Shown: in pieces, positions 1 to 8,905 of the stretch
Layout of the letters: the number at the start of each line of letters is the position of its first letter
Numbering within the stretch: position 1 is the first letter of the stretch
DNA from: a virus
DNA: 64,000 nt
Reading direction: 5' to 3' (one strand)
IMG/VR virus record: IMGVR_UViG_3300036834_000211
Location: 1-64,000 of that record
Program-made: the position numbers and the translations under genes
Notes under the pieces: model-generated
The model's database searches: none
What the model was told of the DNA's origin: nothing
The model's input: only the letters and a program-made list of their open reading frames with translations

Positions 1-1
1 C

Positions 2-2584
2 AACCTGTTCGTCCCCCAGTGGAACGGCCCCACCGGACTGCTGCTGGGCGCCGGTCTACCGGTCAGCTCGACTGGGGCGGCCTCCTCGATCGTCGAGTCC
101 ACGGCGAGCGGCACCATACCCAACTCGCTGATCGCCTTACTCCCCAACGCGAACCTGGCCAACTCGACGATCGGTCTGGTAGTCCCCAGCTGGCTCCAGG
201 TCGGCGGGAGCCCTGCCGCGCTGGGCGGTACGATGACGATCTCCGGGACTAGCCAGACGGCGAATCAGTTCGTCGCTACTCCGAACGGCTCCGCCGGAGC
301 CGTCGCGCTCCGCACCATAGCGCCCGCCGACCTGCCGCTCGGGTCCAGTTCCCAGTTCGGGGCCTTGGAGTGCGGGTCTGGGACGACGTGCACATCGGGC
401 GTGATAACCGTCTCCGGGAGCGGACTGCCGACGGTCAGCAATCAGCAGTTCCTCGGCTACGGGGCGGGATCCGGTAGCGGTACCGCGCAGGCCGTGTCGC
501 TCGCCGCCGGTACCGGCATAACGATCACCTGCTCGGCCCAGACTTGCACCGTCGGTGCGTCGGGCAGCGGGGGCGTATCGGGGCCTGGCTCGTCGGTCAA
601 CAACGACGTCGTGGCGTGGAGCGGCACGGCCGGAGCGGCGCTCAAGGACACCGGCATCCTCTACACGAACCTGGCCACGCTCGCCGGCCCGAACGTGTTT
701 ACCGGGGTCAACACGCTCTCGTCAGGCAACGAGCGAATCCTCGGGACCTCGACCGGCTACACGGCGCTCGCCTCGGCGAATACGACCGCGTCCAACTTCA
801 CGATTACGTTCCCCGCCGCGACGGACACAGTAGACCTGATAGCCGCGGCCCAGGCGCTCAGCAACAAGACGATTAATGGCCTGTCGATCACGGCCAACGG
901 CTCCAATACGCTCAACATCGCCGCCGGCAAGACCCTGACCGACACCTCCGGTGCTGGCCCCGTCCTGCTCCTCGGCGCCACCGGCGGCGGGTTCGCGGGC
1001 TACGCCGGGGCGTCGTGCACGAGCCAGGTCCTCACCGCCATCAGCGCGGCCGGACTCGGCTCGTGCGGGAACGTGGGAACGTCCATGCTCGCGGCCGCGG
1101 CCGTCACCTACGCCAAGATCCAGAACGAGGCCGCGAATACGGTCCTCGGGAATCCGACCGGTACGGCGGCGTCCCCGTCGGAGATCGCGCTCGGGACGAC
1201 CGGCAACTCGACGGTCGTCCTGACCGACAGCAGCGGCAACATGAAGGCTCCGGTCAATACGACGACCGGAGCCTTCAGCGGACCGATCACGTCGACTGCT
1301 GCGACCGGTACTCCTCCCTTCGTCATCGCTAGTACTACGAACGTCCCGAACCTCAACGCCAGCAGCCTCGGGGGGGCCACCTTCGCGTCTCCAGGGCCCA
1401 TCGGCAGTACTGCGTCGAGTACCGGTGCGTTTACCGTGCTGACCGGTACCTCGGGTAGTCTCACGGGGATCACCGCTCTCGGCCTCCGTGATACCTCCGC
1501 GGCGTTCGATGTGACCTTCACCCCGACGTCGTCCGTGGCGCTGACCGCTGCGCGTACTCTGACCTACGATCTGGCTAACGGATCTCGCACGTTCAAGCTC
1601 GGCGCGAACCTCACGGTAGTCACGGACCCCGGAGCAGTAACCGGGGCGCTCAGGAGTAACGGCTCCGGTACGTTCTCCCAGGCCGGCTGCGCCGATCTCT
1701 CCGGCGGCTGCGCCGCGGTGACTACGTCCGACGGGACCCACAGCGTCCCCAACACCACGTCGCTCGCCTTCGGCAACGGCTTCGTCGTCGGGGGCTCGGC
1801 CGGAGCGGCAACAGTCAACGCGACGGTGCCGGACAGCACGAAGACGGCGAGCTACACGGCGACGTCCGCCGACATGAACGGCGCGCTCAACCTGGCGGGG
1901 ACCTCCGGCACGCCGGCCCTGACCCTCCCCGCGCACAGCACTGCGATCCTCGCTCCCGGCATGTCCCTGTCCATCTCCGTCACTGGTACGGTGCCGTGGA
2001 CGATCACGAACTCCAGCGGCCTGACGATGACCGGGCTCAACTCGACGACGCTGCCGCCCGGAACCAACGGATCGCTCGTCGCCAACTCCAACGGCACCGG
2101 TCTGGACTTCTTCGCCGGGGCCCAGCCGCCCACGACGACTGTGATCGGCTCCGTCATGGCGAAGGACTGCTCGACCGGCGGGCAGTTACTCCAGAAGATC
2201 AACACAGACGGGACCGAGACCTGCGCTACCCCCGGCGCCGGCGTCGACTCGGTGGCTACTGGGATCGCCTCGGCGGGTACGACGCAGGCCTCGGCGACGG
2301 TGCTGGCCTCGCAGACGAATCAGGTGACGACGGCAGCCGGGGCCTGCCCGAGCGGCGGACCCTACGCGGCGTGCAACGGCGTGGTCCTCGGCAGTGCGGT
2401 CGCCGTCGGGGACCACCAGGTCGTCTGCAACGACGGGGCCTCGAACGGATTCCTGGCCTATCCGTCTGGAACGGGGACGATCTTCAACGGCGCCGCCGCG
2501 GCCGCGGTCCGCGTCGAGGTTAACTCCTGCAACACGTTTCGAAGGATCACCTCCGGTGCGAATGGGCATTGGGTCGTCTCTTAG
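2..2584 (+). CDS. Tail fibre-like protein, 5'-truncated
   Basis: The frame of ORF 233..2584 is open back to base 2 (NLFVPQWNG...). G/S/T/A-rich with fibre motifs (VTYAKIQN, TITFPAATDT, KTASYT..D...TLP) and 14 Cys in local pairs. Confidence 0.8.
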   Translation, partial: NLFVPQWNGPTGLLLGAGLPVSSTGAASSIVESTASGTIPNSLIALLPNANLANSTIGLVVPSWLQVGGSPAALGGTMTISGTSQTANQFVATPNGSAGAVALRTIAPADLPLGSSSQFGALECGSGTTCTSGVITVSGSGLPTVSNQQFLGYGAGSGSGTAQAVSLAAGTGITITCSAQTCTVGASGSGGVSGPGSSVNNDVVAWSGTAGAALKDTGILYTNLATLAGPNVFTGVNTLSSGNERILGTSTGYTALASANTTASNFTITFPAATDTVDLIAAAQALSNKTINGLSITANGSNTLNIAAGKTLTDTSGAGPVLLLGATGGGFAGYAGASCTSQVLTAISAAGLGSCGNVGTSMLAAAAVTYAKIQNEAANTVLGNPTGTAASPSEIALGTTGNSTVVLTDSSGNMKAPVNTTTGAFSGPITSTAATGTPPFVIASTTNVPNLNASSLGGATFASPGPIGSTASSTGAFTVLTGTSGSLTGITALGLRDTSAAFDVTFTPTSSVALTAARTLTYDLANGSRTFKLGANLTVVTDPGAVTGALRSNGSGTFSQAGCADLSGGCAAVTTSDGTHSVPNTTSLAFGNGFVVGGSAGAATVNATVPDSTKTASYTATSADMNGALNLAGTSGTPALTLPAHSTAILAPGMSLSISVTGTVPWTITNSSGLTMTGLNSTTLPPGTNGSLVANSNGTGLDFFAGAQPPTTTVIGSVMAKDCSTGGQLLQKINTDGTETCATPGAGVDSVATGIASAGTTQASATVLASQTNQVTTAAGACPSGGPYAACNGVVLGSAVAVGDHQVVCNDGASNGFLAYPSGTGTIFNGAAAAAVRVEVNSCNTFRRITSGANGHWVVS

Positions 2585-3623
2585 TTGCCTCGTCCTGGCG
2601 CTCCTCCTCGCCGCCCTCTGCGGTAGTGCGGCTGCGCAGACCGAGGCCCCGCACCCGTTCGTGCCAGGCCACTCGCTGTGCATGGTCAACGGGATCGCGG
2701 ATACGTGCGCGCCGATCTACACCCCGCCGCTCACCTCCAACGCCTACTCGGTCCTGTACACCGGATCCAACTCGAATGGGTTGGGGACCGGCACGGACGA
2801 CTTCCACATCCTGTCGTGCTTCGGGGCCGGCGCCCCGGCGACGTACACGCTCCCGCAGAGCACCTCGACGGTGTTCCCACCGGGCCACGGAGTGGGGATT
2901 AAGAACGCCTGCAACTATCCCCTCACGGTGACGTCGGCCTCGTTCATCTACGGGGCACCGGGAGTGGTAAACGGCAACCCAGCCAGTCTCGGTGGGCAGT
3001 TCGTGCTGTTCCCCGGAGGGGAGGCGTGGCTCCAGGCCGACCCATCTAACCACTACTTGGTGACCGGGTTCGTCCCGGGGACGTGGTACCAGTTCGCCAA
3101 CAACGTACCCCTACTGCGGTGGACCGGCCTCGGCGGGTACCCGGAGTATCGACTCATCTGCTCCGGGCTGATACTCGCGACCTCGGGCGACCACTTCAGT
3201 CTGCAACTCGCCTACGGCGGCACGTTCCAGACGACTGGATACCAGTACGTGAAGACGAGCATACTTCAGACCATAAGTACCGCGGCGGTCTACACTAGTA
3301 GTGGTACCCAGGGGCCGACTGGTACGGGGGATACTGCGATCGTGCTCACGGACTCCATAGACAGCACGACCGCCGCTGCCGACGGCACTACGCTCAACCT
3401 ATTGATTACGACGGCCAACGGTACGGGGGCCGGAAATAAGGTCGTAGTCACCGGCATAGGGAGTTGGAACGCCTCCGGCGGGCCGGCGTACGAGGGTGGT
3501 ACCACACTTAACGCCAGCGGACCGTACTCGACGAGCGCGAACCTGACCGGGATACAGATCATCGACTGGAACAACAGTAGTGCAAACTTTACCGGTATGT
3601 GCCGTCTGGAGCCAGTGACGTGA
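2562..3623 (+). CDS. Signal-peptide-bearing tail fibre-like protein
   Basis: ATG 2562 overlaps the end of the previous gene. MGIGSSLSCLVLALLLAALCGSAAA|Q, a TYTLP beta-sandwich domain and a C-terminal fibre-tip-like domain. Confidence 0.7.
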   Translation: MGIGSSLSCLVLALLLAALCGSAAAQTEAPHPFVPGHSLCMVNGIADTCAPIYTPPLTSNAYSVLYTGSNSNGLGTGTDDFHILSCFGAGAPATYTLPQSTSTVFPPGHGVGIKNACNYPLTVTSASFIYGAPGVVNGNPASLGGQFVLFPGGEAWLQADPSNHYLVTGFVPGTWYQFANNVPLLRWTGLGGYPEYRLICSGLILATSGDHFSLQLAYGGTFQTTGYQYVKTSILQTISTAAVYTSSGTQGPTGTGDTAIVLTDSIDSTTAAADGTTLNLLITTANGTGAGNKVVVTGIGSWNASGGPAYEGGTTLNASGPYSTSANLTGIQIIDWNNSSANFTGMCRLEPVT

Positions 3624-4162
3624 TGCGATTTCTGCTGGCCCTTGCGGCGTGCTTCCTCGCGGGCTCCGCCGCCGAGGCGACGCCCGTCTGCGTCGTCCTG
3701 ACCCCCGACGCGACCGCGGTCAGGGGCGTGGCGACGTGCGACGCAGCGAACGCGGTCTCGATCGATACCTCCGATTCCAGATGGGCCTTGTGGGTCGCAC
3801 AGAACGCCGCACAGAATGCCCAGCAACTCTATCAGAGGAATTATCAGGCGCAGATCACCAAGGGAGTAACGCTGACCTCGACTGGTGCACCAGCCCTCAA
3901 CGCCGTCTACGCTTGCGACCCGGCCACCCAGCAGCAGATCATCGCAGAGGTGACGTCGATCCTGCTGAACGGTACATTCACGGACGGTTCGGCGGCACTC
4001 GACTGGCCTGATGCGGGGTACGCTCTGCACACGTTCTCGGTGGCACAGTTCAAGTCGTTCGCCACTGCAGTCGCATCGTACATCACCACTTTGTCTCCAC
4101 AAATCGTCGGTCCTCCTGGTAATCAGGGCTGGCCGGCTAATCCGGCGATCACCATCCCGTGA
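3623..4162 (+). CDS. DUF4376-like tail fibre chaperone/assembly protein with signal peptide
   Basis: TGATG coupling. MRFLLALAACFLAGSAAEA|T, then YACDPATQQQI..WPD...HTFSVAQFKSFATAVASY. Lies directly after the fibre genes. Confidence 0.6.
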   Translation: MRFLLALAACFLAGSAAEATPVCVVLTPDATAVRGVATCDAANAVSIDTSDSRWALWVAQNAAQNAQQLYQRNYQAQITKGVTLTSTGAPALNAVYACDPATQQQIIAEVTSILLNGTFTDGSAALDWPDAGYALHTFSVAQFKSFATAVASYITTLSPQIVGPPGNQGWPANPAITIP

Positions 4163-4166
4163 GTTA

Positions 4167-4643
4167 ATGATGGTCCCCTCGATGATTAGATGGATGCTTC
4201 CATTCCCCCTCTGCCTGCTGCTTGTCTCGGCCTCTCTGGCTCAGACTACGCGGACGACCCACTGGCAACTGGGGCCTGTGACGACGGACATCATCGGCGA
4301 GTCCGCGAAGTTCGCCAACCCGGTCGCCAATACGGACGGCACGATGAGCTTCGACGTCGTCATCACGACGATGCCTCTGCCACCTCCACCATCGGGGTGC
4401 AGCCCCGACGGCACGGTCATCCGCTATCCCACCGCCGCGACCGTCAAGACCAACGTCGGGAAGGACGTCTGGGGCTGGGGAACTGGCAGCAACGCCGTGC
4501 TGCTGAACGGCAGTCAGGCCCGCGGCGGGTTCGCGACGCTCCTGGAGGTCGCCGACGGCTGCAAGTTGTTTTCGCAGAACGCCGGCGTGTGGTACACGTG
4601 GTCGGACACCACCAGCTCGTGGTTCAGCTCGACCGGGCCGTGA
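4167..4643 (+). CDS. Secreted hypothetical protein
   Basis: LCLLLVSASLA|Q signal, a poly-Pro linker and a Trp-rich C-terminal domain. Confidence 0.65.
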   Translation: MMVPSMIRWMLPFPLCLLLVSASLAQTTRTTHWQLGPVTTDIIGESAKFANPVANTDGTMSFDVVITTMPLPPPPSGCSPDGTVIRYPTAATVKTNVGKDVWGWGTGSNAVLLNGSQARGGFATLLEVADGCKLFSQNAGVWYTWSDTTSSWFSSTGP

Positions 4644-6052
4644 GATCACTCCCCGCCATCGTCCTTCTTCTGCTCCTCAGCTTCGCTGCGGAGGCCCGCT
4701 TCTTCGTCCAGATGCAGGGTACCCAGGGGTCTATCCCTCCGGCGACCTTCACCGGTCTGACGATGTCGAATCTATCTTTCACGTCTGGTAGCACCAATCC
4801 GGTAGGCACCGCGAGCGCCGTCGTCAGTAGTGGTTCCAATACCCCGAGCTGGAACTTTAAGACCTCAGGGACTGACTCGGCCACCGGTCTCATCAACTGC
4901 CACGACTATACGGCGTACTTCGCGATCGGCGGTGCTACTGGTGTGGTCACGCCGTCCTCCGGCGCCCCGGTGCAGAGCTATCCTGGTACCTGCGTTCAAG
5001 ATACTCAGGCCGGAGTGAACGGCTCACCCTACTCCGCGGCGTTCACGCTCGTCGGGCAGAGTGGTGTAGCTTATGAACCGGCTGGCTGCGTGCCCGGGAA
5101 CCACGGCCTCGTCCGCGGACGGCCGAGTATTAAGACCATCAACGGCTCTCCCGTGCTCGTCGCGGACGACGGTTGTTTGATCGTTGCGTACGGCGGCTTC
5201 GCCAGCGGATCCGGCTATGAGGGAAGTACCTATTGCAACCCGTGCGAGTACAACCCAGGCGATAGCCTATTCGGTCTTAACGTGCACTGGGCGCAGCAGG
5301 TCCGAGACCTGGGTCACTTCAACGGAATAGGTGTCGGTCAATTCACTATAAACCCGAACGAGGCCCCGTCGACGTGCCAGTTTGGGTTTCCTTACGGGCA
5401 GACACTTGCCCAGAGTGTGACGACCAACCAGGCGCTGCTGAACATCGTGAACCAGACGGGTATGTACCTGATCATCTCGCCGGCCATCTGCAGCGACTGG
5501 CACGGCGGGTCCATTGATCTGGGCTTCATGTCCACGTACTGGCAGACGATGGCGCAGGATTTTGGCGCCTACACCAACGTAATATTTCAGGAGTTCTCCG
5601 AGCCCCAGGGCATGTCCAACTACTCGTGCTCGCTGGACGGCCAAATGAACGACCAGGACTACCAGGTGGTGCGGCAGTACGCATCCAACTCGATGTTCCT
5701 GGCATGGGGCGACTTTAGCTTTGGTAACTTCACTACGTCGTGTGGTACTTGGCCCCAGCTGACGGCCAACGCTACGAGCATAAACTACTCCAACGCGGGG
5801 AGTGCGTTCTCGTCCATCCACACCGAGGGTTCACAGGTGGTCAGCGCCTTCATCCAGCCGGCAGCCTCGATCGGTCAGGCGATGTGGTCGCTTGAGGGGC
5901 CGGAGAGCCCCACCAACTGTGCGTTCCAGGGGGCGGACACCAACCTTCTGGGATACATACAGACACTGATGAACAATAATGTGGGGTGGCAGTGTGACGA
6001 CGGGTGGCCTAACCCATACGGCGCGGTAGTTCCATTCTGGCCCGCGGATTGA
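4640..6052 (+). CDS. Secreted protein: cadherin/Ig-like N-domain plus degenerate GH5-like TIM barrel
   Basis: GTGA overlap. MRSLPAIVLLLLLSFAAEA|RFF signal. YWQTMAQDFGAYTNVIFQEFSEP resembles the GH5 NEP region. Confidence 0.55.
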   Translation: MRSLPAIVLLLLLSFAAEARFFVQMQGTQGSIPPATFTGLTMSNLSFTSGSTNPVGTASAVVSSGSNTPSWNFKTSGTDSATGLINCHDYTAYFAIGGATGVVTPSSGAPVQSYPGTCVQDTQAGVNGSPYSAAFTLVGQSGVAYEPAGCVPGNHGLVRGRPSIKTINGSPVLVADDGCLIVAYGGFASGSGYEGSTYCNPCEYNPGDSLFGLNVHWAQQVRDLGHFNGIGVGQFTINPNEAPSTCQFGFPYGQTLAQSVTTNQALLNIVNQTGMYLIISPAICSDWHGGSIDLGFMSTYWQTMAQDFGAYTNVIFQEFSEPQGMSNYSCSLDGQMNDQDYQVVRQYASNSMFLAWGDFSFGNFTTSCGTWPQLTANATSINYSNAGSAFSSIHTEGSQVVSAFIQPAASIGQAMWSLEGPESPTNCAFQGADTNLLGYIQTLMNNNVGWQCDDGWPNPYGAVVPFWPAD

Positions 6053-6056
6053 TCTT

Positions 6057-7553
6057 ATGAGACGATCCATCCTCATCGCTGTTCTATTCCTTCTACTTAG
6101 CTCCGTTGCGAGTGCCCGCTTCTTCGTCCAGATGCAGGGTACCCAGGGAGTGATCCCGCCTCCTCAGTTCACTGCCATCAATTCATCCTGCGGGTCGAGC
6201 TGCACGTTTACCCCAGGTACAGCGGGGTCGATCGGTATCGCAACCGCCGTGGTTAGCAGTGGGCAGTCGAACCCGACCTGGACTCTCGCGTTCGCCGGTT
6301 CCGACGTCAACGGCGTCATCTGCGACACACATTCGACCTACTGGAGCATCAACGGCAGCACGGGACTGTTCAGCAGCACCGCGAGCGCCGTTGCCGGGAC
6401 CTACAACCTATGTAGAACGGCGACACAGGCGGGGGTGGGGGGCTCGCCGTACACGGTGGCCGTGCCGGTCTCCGGGTCTATCCAGGGCATTGCTTGCGCC
6501 ATCGGCCCGAACTACATGGGACCCATCCCCAACCCAGCCGCGGCGATGGGCTACACGACGTGCCTCAACTTCGACTTCACATACACTGGGACGTTCAGCA
6601 ATCGCGTCGCCTTCACGAACGCTAATAACGTAAACGTTCCGGCGAACCAAACATATCAGTGGTCGAATATAGGCTCGTGGCTGAACAATGCTAATACGGG
6701 CATCACCAATGCACTATTGGCTGGCGCCAACGCTACTAACGGTACCGCATTTAGCTCTAGTGCGTACCAGATTGTTCAAGACAATGGGACGCAGGTGCTG
6801 TTGAGTCAGTACATACAGGGTGACGGTGCTCCGCAAATAAATACGCCTCTCTTTCCGCTTACTAATATGTTTCTCGAGGAGGAGGCTAGAGTAGATCCGC
6901 TCGCGTATGCGAACGTGACGTCTGAACTCAACACTGAGATCATTGACGACTTTGGGTTCTTTCGCAATAAGCCGGGCGGTACCGCAGGGGCGGAAATTGA
7001 TGCTGGGTTCAACTGCGGGGTTTCGTCACCATCAGGCTGGGCGAATGCCGGGCAGAGCCAAGCGTGTGGTGGAAACGGTTCGTTTTACTTGACCCCTGCT
7101 GGAGCCTACGTCGGCCAGCCGACCTATCCACCACCTTCTCCCATACTTCTATCGGACGGCAACTACCACACAATGGCCATGCTGTCTGTCGCCAGCCGTA
7201 CTAACAATAGGCAAGCAACTTGCGGTTACTACGATCACCAGTGGGCCGATGGGAGGGGTTTCGGTCCGTGTTGGGCTATGGGTGACGATGTTGGCGGGCA
7301 AGGAACTGCCTGCACGCACACAACAAACAGCGCGATCTGCTGGGAGACGGGGAATGTGTCCATAGGGACTTATGTGACTGGGGCGACGGCAACGACAGGA
7401 AAGCAGTGGATCAGGAGGATAACGATATGGACTTGTGCCGGTTGGAACACGCCGGCTCCGTCCGGCAATGGATACACAGCCGATAATAATTGCGACCCCG
7501 GAAACTTGGTCTTCAATGCCACCGGCGGGAACCAAAGTGGGCCATCATACTGA
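6057..7553 (+). CDS. Secreted protein paralogous at the N-terminus to 4640..6052; C-terminal ConA/GH16-like domain (tentative)
   Basis: Signal peptide followed by the identical RFFVQMQGTQG.IPP motif. EID, YHTMAML and WIRRITIWT segments. Confidence 0.5.
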   Translation: MRRSILIAVLFLLLSSVASARFFVQMQGTQGVIPPPQFTAINSSCGSSCTFTPGTAGSIGIATAVVSSGQSNPTWTLAFAGSDVNGVICDTHSTYWSINGSTGLFSSTASAVAGTYNLCRTATQAGVGGSPYTVAVPVSGSIQGIACAIGPNYMGPIPNPAAAMGYTTCLNFDFTYTGTFSNRVAFTNANNVNVPANQTYQWSNIGSWLNNANTGITNALLAGANATNGTAFSSSAYQIVQDNGTQVLLSQYIQGDGAPQINTPLFPLTNMFLEEEARVDPLAYANVTSELNTEIIDDFGFFRNKPGGTAGAEIDAGFNCGVSSPSGWANAGQSQACGGNGSFYLTPAGAYVGQPTYPPPSPILLSDGNYHTMAMLSVASRTNNRQATCGYYDHQWADGRGFGPCWAMGDDVGGQGTACTHTTNSAICWETGNVSIGTYVTGATATTGKQWIRRITIWTCAGWNTPAPSGNGYTADNNCDPGNLVFNATGGNQSGPSY

Positions 7554-7655
7554 TGTGGATACGTGGACCATGACTGACTGGTATGTGTTCACTTGTGGTG
7601 CATTGTGTGGTGCTGGGCTAATGGGCCTCATCTGGTTTGCTATGGCGCTGGGTTG

Positions 7656-8792
7656 ATGTGGATACGCAACCCTTGGTGGGACGGATGCTGGTTTCTCAGC
7701 GGTTTCCCGCTCGCGTTGGCGCTCGTTCTGGTAGCGGCGTGGAGCGGGCTGCGTTTGCAGAACGTTTTTGCCTTCTTCGCGGTCGTGATGACCTTGGACA
7801 CGATCCACCGGCTCGCGCCGATGTGGACTGCGTGGAGTCACCCCGGTTTCCGGCAGGTCATGGTTCGTAGGCCGATGAAGTACGTCGTGCTTCCGGTCGC
7901 GATCCTCGTGGCTGGTGCCGCGGCCGGTTTCGCGTCTCGGGCATATTGGCCTGCGGATGTGTTCGTGCTCAGCGGACAAACCTACTGGCCTGCCGATCGG
8001 TACATGGCGAGCGGCGGCGTAACGTATGTGCCAAGGACGCTGAGTCTCAACCCGCTCGTCTGGTTGATGGTTCTGCATTACGTGTGGAACATCTGGCATT
8101 TCGCCATGCAGAACTTCGGCGTGATGCAGATCTATCGGAGACTGAGTGAGAGGAAAAGCAATGGACTTTTACGTGAAGCGACTGAGGTACGACCAGGTGT
8201 TCATGGAAAAAACGCCACGCGCGAACGCGCCATCGACAGGGGATTGTTCCTGGGTATCCAAATTGCTATCGGCATTCAGGTGTTGTTTTCGCTGCCGTCA
8301 ACGAACTGGCTGACTAGATACCCTCCGGCAGTGGAGACAAACCACGTCGTCTATGTGCTGCTCGGCATCGCCGCGCTGGCCGCCGTTGTGCGGGAGGCTG
8401 CGGTATCGGGACACTGGTGCAGCCCGCGCATCTTGTTCGCCGCCTCGCAGATGGTAATCATGTTCACGGCTTCGGGTCTGTGGGTGGTGGTGATCTCGAG
8501 CTTCAACCATTGGCTGGTTGCCATAGGTCTGACGGGCCACATCGACGCTAATCGGCGAGGGGGATCTCCGCTGCCAGCCGTCTGCATCGTGGCCGTGCTC
8601 GGAGCGGGGCTGACCGTCCTATTGTTCTTCACGCCCTATCTGCGCGCCAATTTCTTCGCCGCATTGCTTGGGTTTAGCGCTGCGTTGGGGATCGTGCATT
8701 TTCTTTATGACCGCTGGCTCTACAACCTGAGCAATCCCGCAGTGCGCGCCACCATCGGAACGGACCTCTTCGGAGAGGCGCGGAAGACATGA
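7656..8792 (+). CDS. Polytopic membrane protein with conserved His motifs
   Basis: Several hydrophobic helices. DTIHR, HYVWNIWHFAMQNFG, NHWL, HFLYDRWLY. Confidence 0.7.
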   Translation: MWIRNPWWDGCWFLSGFPLALALVLVAAWSGLRLQNVFAFFAVVMTLDTIHRLAPMWTAWSHPGFRQVMVRRPMKYVVLPVAILVAGAAAGFASRAYWPADVFVLSGQTYWPADRYMASGGVTYVPRTLSLNPLVWLMVLHYVWNIWHFAMQNFGVMQIYRRLSERKSNGLLREATEVRPGVHGKNATRERAIDRGLFLGIQIAIGIQVLFSLPSTNWLTRYPPAVETNHVVYVLLGIAALAAVVREAAVSGHWCSPRILFAASQMVIMFTASGLWVVVISSFNHWLVAIGLTGHIDANRRGGSPLPAVCIVAVLGAGLTVLLFFTPYLRANFFAALLGFSAALGIVHFLYDRWLYNLSNPAVRATIGTDLFGEARKT

Positions 8793-8805
8793 CTGAATCG
8801 GCCCA

Positions 8806-8898
8806 CCGGCAGGGGCCTCCGCACTCCTCGCTGGGTCGACCCGCTTCGCCGGGTTGCCCACTTGGGCGGGTCCCTGCCGGACCGCACCCAGCGAGGAG
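8806..8898 (+). promoter_or_regulatory. Candidate structured RNA leader (two interleaved stems) covering the RBS of the glycosyltransferase gene
   Basis: 8806-8817 pairs with 8869-8880 (12 bp, 1 GU). 8824-8836 pairs with 8886-8898 (13 bp perfect, includes GAGGAG). Confidence 0.5.
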
Positions 8899-8905
8899 AT
8901 GAGTC

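Noticed and set aside
2394-4640. Upstream starts given in the ORF track (2394, 3599, 4011, 4190; also 12119, 13201, 45183 and others)
   Set aside because: They overlap real genes extensively. The downstream starts give stop/start coupling and N-terminal signals.
8806-8898. Known self-cleaving ribozyme (HDV-like or hammerhead)
   Set aside because: Catalytic core sequences could not be fitted by eye. Kept only as an unclassified structure.
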